A stretch of 63,881 bases of DNA, filler included. It is 7 parts of 7 records of this genome, joined end to end, with 100 filler letters (N's around TTAATTAATTAA, not from the genome) between each part and the next. Parts side by side here need not be neighbours in the genome. Positions count along the whole stretch, not along the records: positions 31,310 to 50,992 come from SRR2962707_4518; 6 more parts are not named here. One strand, written 5' to 3'. Below are positions 39,834-49,030 of the stretch, one piece after another. The position numbers and the translations under genes are program-made. The first letter of the stretch is position 1, and each line of letters starts with the position of its first letter. The notes under the pieces are model-generated. The model saw only the letters and a list, made by a program, of their open reading frames with translations. It was not told the DNA's origin and made no database searches.

Positions 39834-40445
39834 TTAATGAAGCGAGCGCATCTGCCTCGGATAGAGGGCCGCACTGACTTCCGGCTCTTCCAGCAGATCT
39901 GCCAGTTCCCGATCCACGTCGGTTTCCTCGCCCTCATCCGGCAGCGGCTCGAACAGAGTGCTCAGCCAGGAAGCCACGGACGGCGCGTTATCTCGGTCGT
40001 AGTCGGTAGACAGCGCCTTGATCCGTCGGAAGCCGATAATGCGTTGGTGACGCGGGTCGCGGATCTGCTCGAAACCCCGCCAGTAGATGCGATCACGGGT
40101 GTGAAGTTGGACGAACAGGGTATCGATGGGGCCATTATCGTCATCCCGGGCGTCGTCATCAGTCGCCGCCTGCTCAGGCTCGGGCTGGCCTTCGGCCGGT
40201 TTGCGGCGGATGGTGGTCCAGGCCGGATAGAGCACCGCGACCGCGTCGGCCTCCACATGTTCCCTGGCCGCTCTCAGAATAAGCCCCCAGCGAGCCTTGT
40301 CGGCATCAGTCTCCAGTGAGTTGATGGGAAGGTCGTAGCTCTGATCACTGGACAGGACGATCGCCATCATGGGGGCGTCCAGTTCCCCCATGGCTTCAGC
40401 CTGCGCTACGGATACCAGATCGTCGATTGCCATCGATTGGTTCAT
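39834..40445 (-). CDS. Acidic hypothetical protein
   Basis: 203-aa ORF filling the intergenic space, with a GAGG RBS-like sequence upstream and codon use like the neighbouring genes. No family recognised. Confidence 0.7.
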   Translation of the reverse strand: MNQSMAIDDLVSVAQAEAMGELDAPMMAIVLSSDQSYDLPINSLETDADKARWGLILRAAREHVEADAVAVLYPAWTTIRRKPAEGQPEPEQAATDDDARDDDNGPIDTLFVQLHTRDRIYWRGFEQIRDPRHQRIIGFRRIKALSTDYDRDNAPSVASWLSTLFEPLPDEGEETDVDRELADLLEEPEVSAALYPRQMRSLH

Positions 40446-40587
40446 AAGATGCTCGCCTCCTCGATGCCATCAGGGTGGTCAGGAACCGGTGTCCCTGACT
40501 AACAGCATAGCCTGTTCCACATGGAAAGATAAACGTGGAGTTGGTCACCGCGGATCACAACCCCCGGAGAAGGTTTTTTCTTCCACC

Positions 40588-42075
40588 TCAGAAAGCATCC
40601 TCAAGTCGCTCGTAGTTGCTGAACCACGGATTGGCCTCTTCCAGTTGAGCAGCAACCTGCAGCAGGCGGTCTTCACCACCGTGGGCCGCTCCGAACTGCA
40701 CCCCCACCGGCAGTCCGTCACGGGTCCAGTAAAGGGGTACCGACATCGCCGGCGTTCCCGTCAGGTTGGCCAGTTGGGTGAACGGTGTCCTGGCCAGGCT
40801 TTCCAGGGCCATCTGGTCTACCTGTCCACTTCTGTGCACCAACTTTCCGGCTTTCAGGCCCAGCATCAGCCGCGCCACCAGCTTCAGGTGAGCAGGTGTA
40901 TCCATTTGTCCGATCCGGGCCGGTAACTGGCCAGTGGTGGGACACAGATAAAGATCAAATCGATCGAAATAGGCCCCGAGGGCCCGGGCGAAATCGTTCC
41001 ACTGCTGGCGCAGGCGAACATAGTCTGGCAGCGGCATGGTGCGCCCGAGCATACCCAGCAGCCGGGTTTCCAGCTCAAAATCCCGATCGGTGGCGCCGAA
41101 TTCGGTTTTCGCGCGCTCCATGAGGGCAGACACCTCACCGAAATACAGCGCCAGGTAGCAACGGGCAAGGGCGAGTCCATCGAATTCCGGGCGCGCGTAT
41201 TCTACGTCGTGGCCCAGGGATTCCAGCAGGCGGGCCGTTTCTTCGACTGCGGCGACACATTCCGGCGCCACCTCGGTGTCATAGGGTGACGAGGTAAATA
41301 CGCCGATTTTGAGGCGTCCCGGTGACTGCTGCATCAGGTCCGCCCAGGGCGCCGATGGCTGTGGAATGGTAAACGGATCGCCACTGGCCGGGCCGGAAAG
41401 CACATCCAGCATCGCGGCGCTGTCCCGGACGGTCCGGGAAACCACATGATCGGTGGACGCTCCGGTCCAGGCCTCGCCAGCGTATGGGCCAACCGAAATC
41501 CGGCCCCGGGACGGCTTCAGCCCGAACAAGCCATTGTAGGCTGCCGGAATACGAATGGAGCCACCGCCATCGTTGGCACCCGCCATGGGCACAATGCCAG
41601 CCGCGACCGCAGCACCAGAACCGCCGCTGGAGCCGCCCGGCGTGCGCTCGGTATCCCAGGGGTTACGGCTGGGGCCCCACAACGCCGATTCGGTCACGGC
41701 CTTGAGGCCGAATTCCGGGGTTGCCGTGCGACCAAGAAAAACCAGCCCTGCCTCCCGGGCACGGCGCACAAACTGGGAATCCCGCGTAGCGACGCTCTTC
41801 AGCAGAGCCCGGCTGCCGTATGTACACGGATGCCCGGCCTGTTCCTGTGCCAGATCCTTGAGCAACAAGGGCACCCCGGCGAAGGGGCCCTCTGCAGGAA
41901 AATCCTGATCCATGGCCTCCGCAAACTGCGGGTGGCAGATGGCATTCAGGCGCGGGTTCACAGCGCTGGCACGGTCGATAGCGGCCTCGGTCACTTCCCG
42001 GGAGGTGACTTCACCCCGGCGAATCAGATCGGCCAGGGCCGTGGCATCGTAACGGAGATATTCGGACGGTTTCAT
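40588..42075 (-). CDS. Amidase-signature family enzyme
   Basis: GVPLLLKDL, NPWD..RTPGGSSGGS and DGGGSIRIPA (Lys-cisSer-Ser triad). Confidence 0.93.
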   Translation of the reverse strand: MKPSEYLRYDATALADLIRRGEVTSREVTEAAIDRASAVNPRLNAICHPQFAEAMDQDFPAEGPFAGVPLLLKDLAQEQAGHPCTYGSRALLKSVATRDSQFVRRAREAGLVFLGRTATPEFGLKAVTESALWGPSRNPWDTERTPGGSSGGSGAAVAAGIVPMAGANDGGGSIRIPAAYNGLFGLKPSRGRISVGPYAGEAWTGASTDHVVSRTVRDSAAMLDVLSGPASGDPFTIPQPSAPWADLMQQSPGRLKIGVFTSSPYDTEVAPECVAAVEETARLLESLGHDVEYARPEFDGLALARCYLALYFGEVSALMERAKTEFGATDRDFELETRLLGMLGRTMPLPDYVRLRQQWNDFARALGAYFDRFDLYLCPTTGQLPARIGQMDTPAHLKLVARLMLGLKAGKLVHRSGQVDQMALESLARTPFTQLANLTGTPAMSVPLYWTRDGLPVGVQFGAAHGGEDRLLQVAAQLEEANPWFSNYERLEDAF

Positions 42076-42172
42076 TGGCAACCCTGCTTGTTGTTCTTTG
42101 GCGAAAGTCCCCTGGACATTCCCGTTATAAACCGGAAACTCAGGAGCTTACGCCAATACCTGAGTGAGTTCC

Positions 42173-42940
42173 ATGAGCCTGATCGTGTTTCCGGAAGCCC
42201 TGAGCACCAGCGTGATTGTGTTCCTGCTGATGGCTTCAGCGGTTACCTCCATGATCACCGCCACCCTGGGCGCCGGCGGCGGTGTCCTGCTGCTGGTACT
42301 GATGGCATCCTGGCTGCCACCGGCGGCGATCATTCCTGTTCACGGCATGATCCAGCTCGGTTCCAACAGTGGCCGGGCCATACTGACCCGGCATCATATC
42401 GACTGGAAGGTGATCGCCGCCTTCGCCCCAGGCGTGCTGGCCGGTGCCGGACTGGGTGCCTGGTTGCTGGTGGATCTGCCGGCTCATCTGTGGCAACTGA
42501 GCATTGCCCTGTTCGTGCTTTACCTGTGCTGGGGCCCCGGGTTGCCCAAGGCCTCTTTTGGCCCGTTCGGCGTGTTTATCGCCTCTGCCATTACCAGTTT
42601 TGTCAGCCTGTTTGTGGGCGCTACCGGCCCCCTGGTGGCGGCGTTTATCAAGCAGATTCACACCGACCGCTTCCGCACCGTCGCCACCTTTGGCACCGCC
42701 ATGACCCTGCAGCACGCCCCCAAGGCCCTGGTGTTCGGGGTGGCCGGTTTTGTGTTTTCGGAATGGCTGCTCTTTATTCTGGCCATGATCGCCTGCGGCT
42801 TCGCTGGCACCTGGCTTGGGTTGCACCTGCTTAAATCCATCAATAACCGGTGGTTCCACACCGCCTTCAATCTGGTGCTCACCCTGCTGGCGTTCCGCTT
42901 GCTCTGGCAGGCGGCCGGTTCTGCCGGCTGGCTTGGCTAA
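42173..42940 (+). CDS. TSUP (TauE/SafE) family membrane transporter
   Basis: About eight TM helices, G.GGG motif, AIIPVHG..QL.SN and second repeat VGATGP. Confidence 0.85.
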   Translation: MSLIVFPEALSTSVIVFLLMASAVTSMITATLGAGGGVLLLVLMASWLPPAAIIPVHGMIQLGSNSGRAILTRHHIDWKVIAAFAPGVLAGAGLGAWLLVDLPAHLWQLSIALFVLYLCWGPGLPKASFGPFGVFIASAITSFVSLFVGATGPLVAAFIKQIHTDRFRTVATFGTAMTLQHAPKALVFGVAGFVFSEWLLFILAMIACGFAGTWLGLHLLKSINNRWFHTAFNLVLTLLAFRLLWQAAGSAGWLG

Positions 42941-45300
42941 AGCCGGTCGCCTTCTTCCGGCAACGGAATGGAGACTACACAGTTCCGGCCCCGGGATTTG
43001 GCGATGTAGCAGCCTTCATCCGCCCGAGACATCACCTCTTTCGGGCCGTTGTCGTGAGCTGAAACCGGCGTCAGGCCAATACAGACGGTGACGCCGAACT
43101 GGCGACCATCATGTTTGATTTTCAACGCCTGGACCTTTGTCCGGATACTTTCAGCCAGAGCTTCTGCCCGCGCCATACCACAGGCTGGCAACAAAACAGC
43201 GAACTCATCACCCCCGAGGCGGGCTACTGTATCCGACTGGCGCACGGCCTGTTTGAACACATCCGCCAGCCGTTTCAGCAGTTCATCGCCAACCAGGTGT
43301 CCCCCCTCATCATTGACGGGTTTGAAGTGGTCCAGGTCAATCATCATCAGCACCGCCGGAACCTCTCGCTGGGGTGCATCGGCCAAAGCTTTGAGCAATG
43401 AAGCGGTAAACGCCCGCCGGTTCAGCAACTGGGTCAGCGCATCGTGGGTTGCCTCCCAGGACAACCGCTCTTCTTCCCGTCGGCGTTCGCTGTCATCTCT
43501 GAGCACAAACACCAGCCGTTCCTGCCGCTCTCCTTTGCGCATATGCAGCATGGTCAGATCGATGTCGTAGATCCGGCCCTCCAGGTTTTCCAGGGTTACG
43601 TAGCGATTGTCGATTTCGTCTCCGGCCAGAAAGGTGTCGTAAACCAGTTCTTCATTGTCGTGGCGGATGGTGACGGATTCGAAAAAGTTATGGCCAACAC
43701 AGTCATCGTCCAGCGCCAGAAAACTGCAGGCGGCGCCGTTGGCGTAGCGGATAGCGCCTTCGGTATCCACCATCAGCACCCCTTCCTGAAGCACATCGAG
43801 AATCGAATCCGCCCGCTGCTGTTCCTCGCGAATGGCCCGTTCAAAGCGCATTTCCTGAGTCACATCCCGGACGGCAGTAATGGTACCAATGGCCTGGTCC
43901 GGCAGGTCGATCACCGAGGTAATGACATCCACCCAGACATAACCGGGCAGACGATGGGTGAGCAACCGTAGCCGGCTCCTGAAAAAGCTGCGGCGTACCA
44001 GAACATTGCGCCACCCCTTCATGGCCTTGTCCCGGTCTTCGCTGGCGACGGTTTCAATCAGGTAGCGATGGCGGAGCCAGTCCTCGGGGCGCCCGACAAT
44101 ATCCAGAAACGCCGGGTTCACGAACTCTATACGGCCCAGGATATCAGTGTGTACGATGCCGATCGGTGCATTGCTGGTGAGGGACCGGAAGAAGGCCTCG
44201 CGTTCGGCCAGTGACCGGAAAATCTCATCCCGTTCCTGCCGCACCTGGTTGAAGACTTTGGCAACGTTGCGGATCTCCGACCCGCCCACCTCGGAAACAG
44301 GCTCCTCCCGCTCACCAGTGTGCCGCTGATATATCTGAACCCCGAGATTACGCAACGGCGCCAACAGCCGGTAAAAGATCCAGAAAGCCAGGGGCGCCAG
44401 TATTGATACTACCGCCAGCAACGCCCAGCTGAAGCCACCGGTCATCCTCAGTGCCGGAGCAAAGGCCTCACGCTCGGGCCAGACCGCGGCCACAAACCAT
44501 GGTACCAGCGCCATTTGCGCATAGCCGGTTATGGTCCCGGTTTTCCGGCCCGGATGATCGTGGGATGTGCCCTCGAAACCGGACATCGCCTGCAGTAAAG
44601 AGGGGGACGATTTGCTTACGGGCACCATCACCTCTCCCGACAGACCATCAGCAAGCACGATGCCGTTTTGCGTTATCAGACGCAGATAGCCGGTCTGGCC
44701 CACCCGGACACTGGCAAATTCACTCATGAAATTATCGCCCTGCAGCAGAATCAGCCCGCCGATCATGCCGATGAATCGCTGGTTTGCATCAAACAGGGGC
44801 GCGGCCACCATAACGCCGGACTGCTCATCAATTACGGTAATGTAGGGAGCGCTGATAATGGGCGACATCCGGCTGACCAGATCGGTGAAGTAGGGGCGCT
44901 GCGAGGCATTAAAACCGGGTACGTAATACGACGCCGGGGAAGCTGCCAGTAACCGACCATCGGCATCGAGAATAAAGGTGGCATCGAAAAGCTGGAGCAG
45001 GGCATCCTGATTACGCAGCAGGACCCGGGCCCGGTTTTCCAGCACGATCTCGGTAGAGGGGAAGCCTTCGGCCACCAATGTCAGTACATCCAGTCTTTCC
45101 GACAGTTTCAGATCCAGTTCCCTGGCGACCATTCCGGCAATGGTTTCTACTTGACCATACGCCATGTCCTCCAGCTCGGCCCGACTGAGCAGCCACCCGA
45201 TGGCCGCAATGACAACCGCGGATGTCGCCACAAACACCACTACCAGGGCGACGGCTCGGTTGACCAGGCTGCCGAACCATTTTCTGACCAAATTAATCAC
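42937..45300 (-). CDS. Membrane diguanylate cyclase (Cache-PAS-PAS-GGDEF)
   Basis: TM-Cache (RPYF, ISAPY)-TM, two PAS domains, HDALTQLLNRR, DLDHFK.VND, and RQSD I-site followed by RLGGDEF. Confidence 0.92.
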   Translation of the reverse strand: MINLVRKWFGSLVNRAVALVVVFVATSAVVIAAIGWLLSRAELEDMAYGQVETIAGMVARELDLKLSERLDVLTLVAEGFPSTEIVLENRARVLLRNQDALLQLFDATFILDADGRLLAASPASYYVPGFNASQRPYFTDLVSRMSPIISAPYITVIDEQSGVMVAAPLFDANQRFIGMIGGLILLQGDNFMSEFASVRVGQTGYLRLITQNGIVLADGLSGEVMVPVSKSSPSLLQAMSGFEGTSHDHPGRKTGTITGYAQMALVPWFVAAVWPEREAFAPALRMTGGFSWALLAVVSILAPLAFWIFYRLLAPLRNLGVQIYQRHTGEREEPVSEVGGSEIRNVAKVFNQVRQERDEIFRSLAEREAFFRSLTSNAPIGIVHTDILGRIEFVNPAFLDIVGRPEDWLRHRYLIETVASEDRDKAMKGWRNVLVRRSFFRSRLRLLTHRLPGYVWVDVITSVIDLPDQAIGTITAVRDVTQEMRFERAIREEQQRADSILDVLQEGVLMVDTEGAIRYANGAACSFLALDDDCVGHNFFESVTIRHDNEELVYDTFLAGDEIDNRYVTLENLEGRIYDIDLTMLHMRKGERQERLVFVLRDDSERRREEERLSWEATHDALTQLLNRRAFTASLLKALADAPQREVPAVLMMIDLDHFKPVNDEGGHLVGDELLKRLADVFKQAVRQSDTVARLGGDEFAVLLPACGMARAEALAESIRTKVQALKIKHDGRQFGVTVCIGLTPVSAHDNGPKEVMSRADEGCYIAKSRGRNCVVSIPLPEEGDRL

Positions 45301-45413
45301 TCCCGCTGCTCAGGTCCTCAGGCACTGGGCGCCCCTCACGAACACCAGATAGTTGCAAACGTCACCGAAAGTCTAACAAAGGCGGGCGGATACGTCAGAT
45401 CGAGACTTGAAAT

Positions 45414-45432
45414 TCTACTGATAATCGTTATT
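45414..45432 (+). promoter_or_regulatory. Fur box
   Basis: TCTACTGATAATCGTTATT matches GATAATGATAATCATTATC at 14 of 19 positions, just upstream of exbB. Confidence 0.72.
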
Positions 45433-45468
45433 ATTTAGGTCTATTTTCGTCTCGCCGGGAATATCTGT

Positions 45469-46266
45469 ATGGATTCCATTACTGCCACTTCCGCATCGCT
45501 GTTCGACCACGGGCCACTCGGCCAACTGGTCGAAATGGGCGGTCCAGTCATGATCGTTCTGATCGCCATAGCCGCCATTGGCGTGATCACGTTCTTCTAC
45601 CTGATGCTGTTCGGAACCTTCTACGCCCCGCGATTTACCCGGAAGTTGCGCTACCTGGTTCAGCAATGGCAGGCATCCCCGGCCCAGACTTCCCCGGAAA
45701 AGATCAGAGCCGACGCCGGCTTGCTCGGGCGCACCAATCCGCTGATGCATCTGCTGGTCAACACCATGACAGCCAGCAAGTGCAATCCGAATATCAGTGC
45801 TGTAAGGGAAACCGCCGTAAGGGATGCGCAAGCGGCGCTGGAACCTTTCGAGGCACCGTTAAAAATCATCGAAGTGATTGCCGCCCTGGCCCCCTTGCTG
45901 GGCCTTCTGGGTACCGTAATGGGCATGATGGAAGCATTCAGCGCGATGGCGGCGACCGATGGTCGCGCCAACGCCAGCCAGCTGTCCGGTGGTATCTATG
46001 AAGCGTTGACCACGACGGCCGCAGGCCTGGTAGTGGCCATTCCTTTTGCGGCGCTGGCGGCCTGGATCGAGTTCCGTCTGCGCCGGATTCACAAAACCAT
46101 CAACAGTGCCCTTGTCAGCGTCTTCAACGTGTTGCCTGGCGACGAAACGGCCACAGCGGCAGACGTGGCCACACCGGCAGCCGAGCCCCGCCCTGAGAGG
46201 GCAGCAGAGGCGGACCGGAGTTATTCGGTCGGAGATAATCAGCGGCTGGCACATGCAGCTGGTTGA
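45469..46266 (+). CDS. exbB: ExbB/TolQ proton channel subunit
   Basis: GGPVM, LAPLLGLLGTVMGM..AF and GGIYEALTTTAAGLVVAIP. Confidence 0.92.
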   Translation: MDSITATSASLFDHGPLGQLVEMGGPVMIVLIAIAAIGVITFFYLMLFGTFYAPRFTRKLRYLVQQWQASPAQTSPEKIRADAGLLGRTNPLMHLLVNTMTASKCNPNISAVRETAVRDAQAALEPFEAPLKIIEVIAALAPLLGLLGTVMGMMEAFSAMAATDGRANASQLSGGIYEALTTTAAGLVVAIPFAALAAWIEFRLRRIHKTINSALVSVFNVLPGDETATAADVATPAAEPRPERAAEADRSYSVGDNQRLAHAAG

Positions 46267-46648
46267 CCCCCGGCCAAACCGCCCGATCCCCATCCGGATA
46301 ACACCACTGATCGATGTGGTGTTCATCCTGTTGGTGTTCTTTATGCTTACCACCCGGTTGTTACCGGTAGATTATCTGGAACTGGCGAACAATACCGGCC
46401 AGCAGAGCAGTGCCACAGGCGCCCCCCTGCCAGAGCTCAGGGTCAATGCCAATGGCACGGTACGCTGGAAGAAGAAAGACTTCGACCTGGCGCAGCTGCT
46501 GTCGACGCTGAACGCTGAAGGGGTAAGCGAAGCCAATCTCGCCACTACGCCCGATACCAGCCTGGCCCATTTCACCCGGACCCTCAGTGCGCTGGATAAC
46601 GCCGGCATTGAACCTCACTGGAAGCGTACAAACACGCCTGACTCATGA
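46253..46648 (+). CDS. exbD: ExbD/TolR subunit with the canonical Asp
   Basis: ITPLIDVVFILLVFFML TM motif. The start ATG 46253 overlaps the exbB end. Confidence 0.88.
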   Translation: MQLVDPRPNRPIPIRITPLIDVVFILLVFFMLTTRLLPVDYLELANNTGQQSSATGAPLPELRVNANGTVRWKKKDFDLAQLLSTLNAEGVSEANLATTPDTSLAHFTRTLSALDNAGIEPHWKRTNTPDS

Positions 46649-47055
46649 CAGACCTGGTTCCACCTCCATCAACCTCCGGCAAGGGCCTTCTGGAACGTGT
46701 TGAAGATGCGTTGCTGCCCTTGATCAATCTGGTGTTTCTGCTGCTGATGTTTTTCATTGTAGCGGGACAACTTACCAACGAACCGCTGCCAGAACTGCCT
46801 GGTACCGAGCAGAGTCCGGAACAGCAGGCACCCGAGGCCGACATGATGGTTCAGGCCGATGGCCAATGGCAGGTCGAAGGCAAGCACCAGACCCGCGAGA
46901 GTCTGCTTGCCGCGCTTCCGGCTCCGGATGAGAACGTACCCTTGAAGATTGCGGCGGATCAAAGCCTGACCATGACCGAGCTGGAGGACTTGCTCAGGAT
47001 TCTGGAAGAGGGCGGTTATTCGGAAGTTCTGCTGCTCACGGAGCCTGCCACATGA
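46645..47055 (+). CDS. exbD: Second ExbD subunit with Asn at the conserved Asp position
   Basis: [19 protein letters not shown] motif and LKIAAD. ATGA overlaps on both sides. Confidence 0.85.
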   Translation: MTDLVPPPSTSGKGLLERVEDALLPLINLVFLLLMFFIVAGQLTNEPLPELPGTEQSPEQQAPEADMMVQADGQWQVEGKHQTRESLLAALPAPDENVPLKIAADQSLTMTELEDLLRILEEGGYSEVLLLTEPAT

Positions 47056-47807
47056 CAACAGCAGGTCGGCTACCCAAGGCCCTGTTCCTGATCATCGCCA
47101 TGATCGCAACCGCCCTTGCAGCAATCCTGGCCACGCCCGAGGAAATCCTGGAGATGCCGGTTCTGGGCGACAGTGCCGTGAACACCGCCCCCGCAATCAA
47201 GATCAATCTCGCCGGCAGGAAATCGGTAGAGCCAAAGCCGGAGGTCGCGCCGGAACCCGAACCGGCTCCAGAGCCAGAACCGCAGCCCAAGCCAGAACCC
47301 AAACCAGAGCCCAAACCAGAGCCAAAGCCGGAATCGAAACCTGAACCCGTGCCAGAACCAGAACCTGAGCCAATACCAGAACCTGCCCCCACACCGCAGG
47401 AGCCAGAATCCAGTCCCACCGAGGCCGTGGCAGAAAGCCCAGAACAACCTCAGGGCGAAGAAGCGGACAGTAACACCAACCAAAGCGCGGTACCTTTACA
47501 GAATGCCGGTCAGTCATCACAGGTAGACAGCTACCTGAGCAAGCTCAGCCGGCACCTGGCGCGCTATTACGAGTATCCTCGCCGTGCCCGCCGACTAGGC
47601 CAGGAGGGTACACCGGTGATTGTCTTCGAGTTCCGGCGCGATGGCTCGCTGGTGGAACACTCGCTGCGCGACAGTTCCGGGCACTCATTGCTGGACGATG
47701 CTGCTTTGGCCATGCTGGCGCAAGCTGCGCCACTGCCAGCCGTGCCGGACTCCATGCGCGGCAAGTCCTTCACCTACGCTCTGCCAGTCCGCTTTAATCT
47801 GCGCTGA
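47052..47807 (+). CDS. tonB: TonB energy transducer
   Basis: N-terminal TM, (PE/PK)n spacer and C-terminal [25 protein letters not shown]. Confidence 0.92.
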   Translation: MTTAGRLPKALFLIIAMIATALAAILATPEEILEMPVLGDSAVNTAPAIKINLAGRKSVEPKPEVAPEPEPAPEPEPQPKPEPKPEPKPEPKPESKPEPVPEPEPEPIPEPAPTPQEPESSPTEAVAESPEQPQGEEADSNTNQSAVPLQNAGQSSQVDSYLSKLSRHLARYYEYPRRARRLGQEGTPVIVFEFRRDGSLVEHSLRDSSGHSLLDDAALAMLAQAAPLPAVPDSMRGKSFTYALPVRFNLR

Positions 47808-47840
47808 CTCATTCCCTGCCAGGCACCAAGGAAAGGCAGG

Positions 47841-47960
47841 GCGCACTCTGCCGGTGCGCAGTCCAGCACGGCAGGCACGAGACCGCAACCGATACCCTCA
47901 CTCAACCTGTTGATTCTTAAATCAAACCCTGAAAGCTCTCAACACTGGCACACTCTCTGC
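47841..47960 (+). promoter_or_regulatory. NtrC enhancer + IHF site + sigma54 promoter
   Basis: GCAC-N7-GTGC at 47843-47857. WATCAA-N4-TTR exact match (AATCAACAGGTTG, minus strand, 47903-47915). TGGCAC-ACTCT-CTGC -24/-12 element at 47946-47960. Confidence 0.8.
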
Positions 47961-48022
47961 TCAGACATCCTCAGCAGATAGCCTGTTCATCTTCATTCAG
48001 GCTGCCCGCGCACATTCTGTTC

Positions 48023-48082
48023 AGACGACGGCGTCTACTCATTCCTGCCCCTACCGGGCAGGAATGAGGGCGCCGTTTTTTG
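48023..48082 (+). promoter_or_regulatory. ANTAR (NasT/NasR-type) antitermination leader: hexaloop hairpin overlapping an intrinsic terminator
   Basis: AGAC-GACGGC-GTCT hexaloop (G at loop position 4) shares bases with the terminator ACGGCGTC.TA.CTCATTCCTGCCC-CTACC-GGGCAGGAATGAG.GGCGCCGT-TTTTT. It lies between the promoter and the FNT start codon. Confidence 0.72.
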
Positions 48083-48122
48083 TTGGCTCCAGATAACCAG
48101 AAAGCGATCAGGGGAACACACT

Positions 48123-48971
48123 ATGTCTTACATCATGCCTTCGGAGTTCGTCACCAAGATGGTGGACGCCGGTGAATCAAAAATATACATGGCCACCCGG
48201 GATGTCCTCATCCGGGCCTTTATGGCCGGGGCGATCCTGGCACTGGCGGCGGTATTCGCCATTACCGTCGGCGTACAGACCGGCAGCCCGCTGGTCGGCG
48301 CACTGCTGTTTCCGGTCGGGTTCTGCATGCTTTATCTGATGGGGTTCGACCTGCTCACCGGGGTGTTCATGCTGACCCCGCTGGCCCTTCTCGACCGACG
48401 CCCCGGGGTGGATACCCGCGGCATCCTTCGAAACTGGGGCTGGGTGTTCCTGGGTAACTTCGGCGGTGCCCTGACGGTTGCCACCATCATGGCCTTTGTT
48501 TTCACCTACGGTTTCAACACCGAAGCCGGAGTGGTAGGGGACAAAATTGCCTCGATCGGCAAGGCCCGTACCCTGGGTTATGCCGAACATGGTGTGGCTG
48601 GCTGGTTCACCATCTTCCTGCGGGGTGTACTGTGTAACTGGATGGTATCCATGGGCGTGGTGGGCGCGATGATCTCCACCACGGTCCAGGGCAAGGTGCT
48701 GGCCATGTGGATGCCGATCATGCTGTTCTTCTACATGGGCTTTGAGCACTCCATCGTCAACATGTTCCTGTTTCCGTTTGCACTGATGATGGGCGGCGAG
48801 TTCAGTATCATGGATTACTTCATCTGGAACGAGATCCCCACCGTTCTGGGCAACCTGGTGGGCGGCCTGTCCTTCACTGGCCTGACCCTCTACGCCACCC
48901 ACGTTCGTACCGCACCCAAGCGCACGCTGGCAGCGGACTACCGCGAACCAGCCAGCGCCCGTAGCGCCTGA
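48123..48971 (+). CDS. Formate/nitrite transporter (FNT) family channel, probably nitrite or cyanate
   Basis: AGA.LAL, LFPVGF, DLLTG, GNFGG, LCNWMVS, GFEHSIVNMF and GNLVGG. Confidence 0.92.
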   Translation: MSYIMPSEFVTKMVDAGESKIYMATRDVLIRAFMAGAILALAAVFAITVGVQTGSPLVGALLFPVGFCMLYLMGFDLLTGVFMLTPLALLDRRPGVDTRGILRNWGWVFLGNFGGALTVATIMAFVFTYGFNTEAGVVGDKIASIGKARTLGYAEHGVAGWFTIFLRGVLCNWMVSMGVVGAMISTTVQGKVLAMWMPIMLFFYMGFEHSIVNMFLFPFALMMGGEFSIMDYFIWNEIPTVLGNLVGGLSFTGLTLYATHVRTAPKRTLAADYREPASARSA

Positions 48972-49030
48972 TCATCGCTGACGCCCTGCCGGTGCCGCAC
49001 ACACCGGCGGGCTGTCACTGGCTCACATAC

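Noticed and set aside
42173..42940. TSUP transporter as the sulfite exporter for the suyB pathway
   Set aside because: It is on a different contig from an apparently different organism.
47225..47410. Dense ccagaa/ccaaaa tandem repeats as a possible array
   Set aside because: They encode the ordinary (PE/PK)n spacer of TonB.
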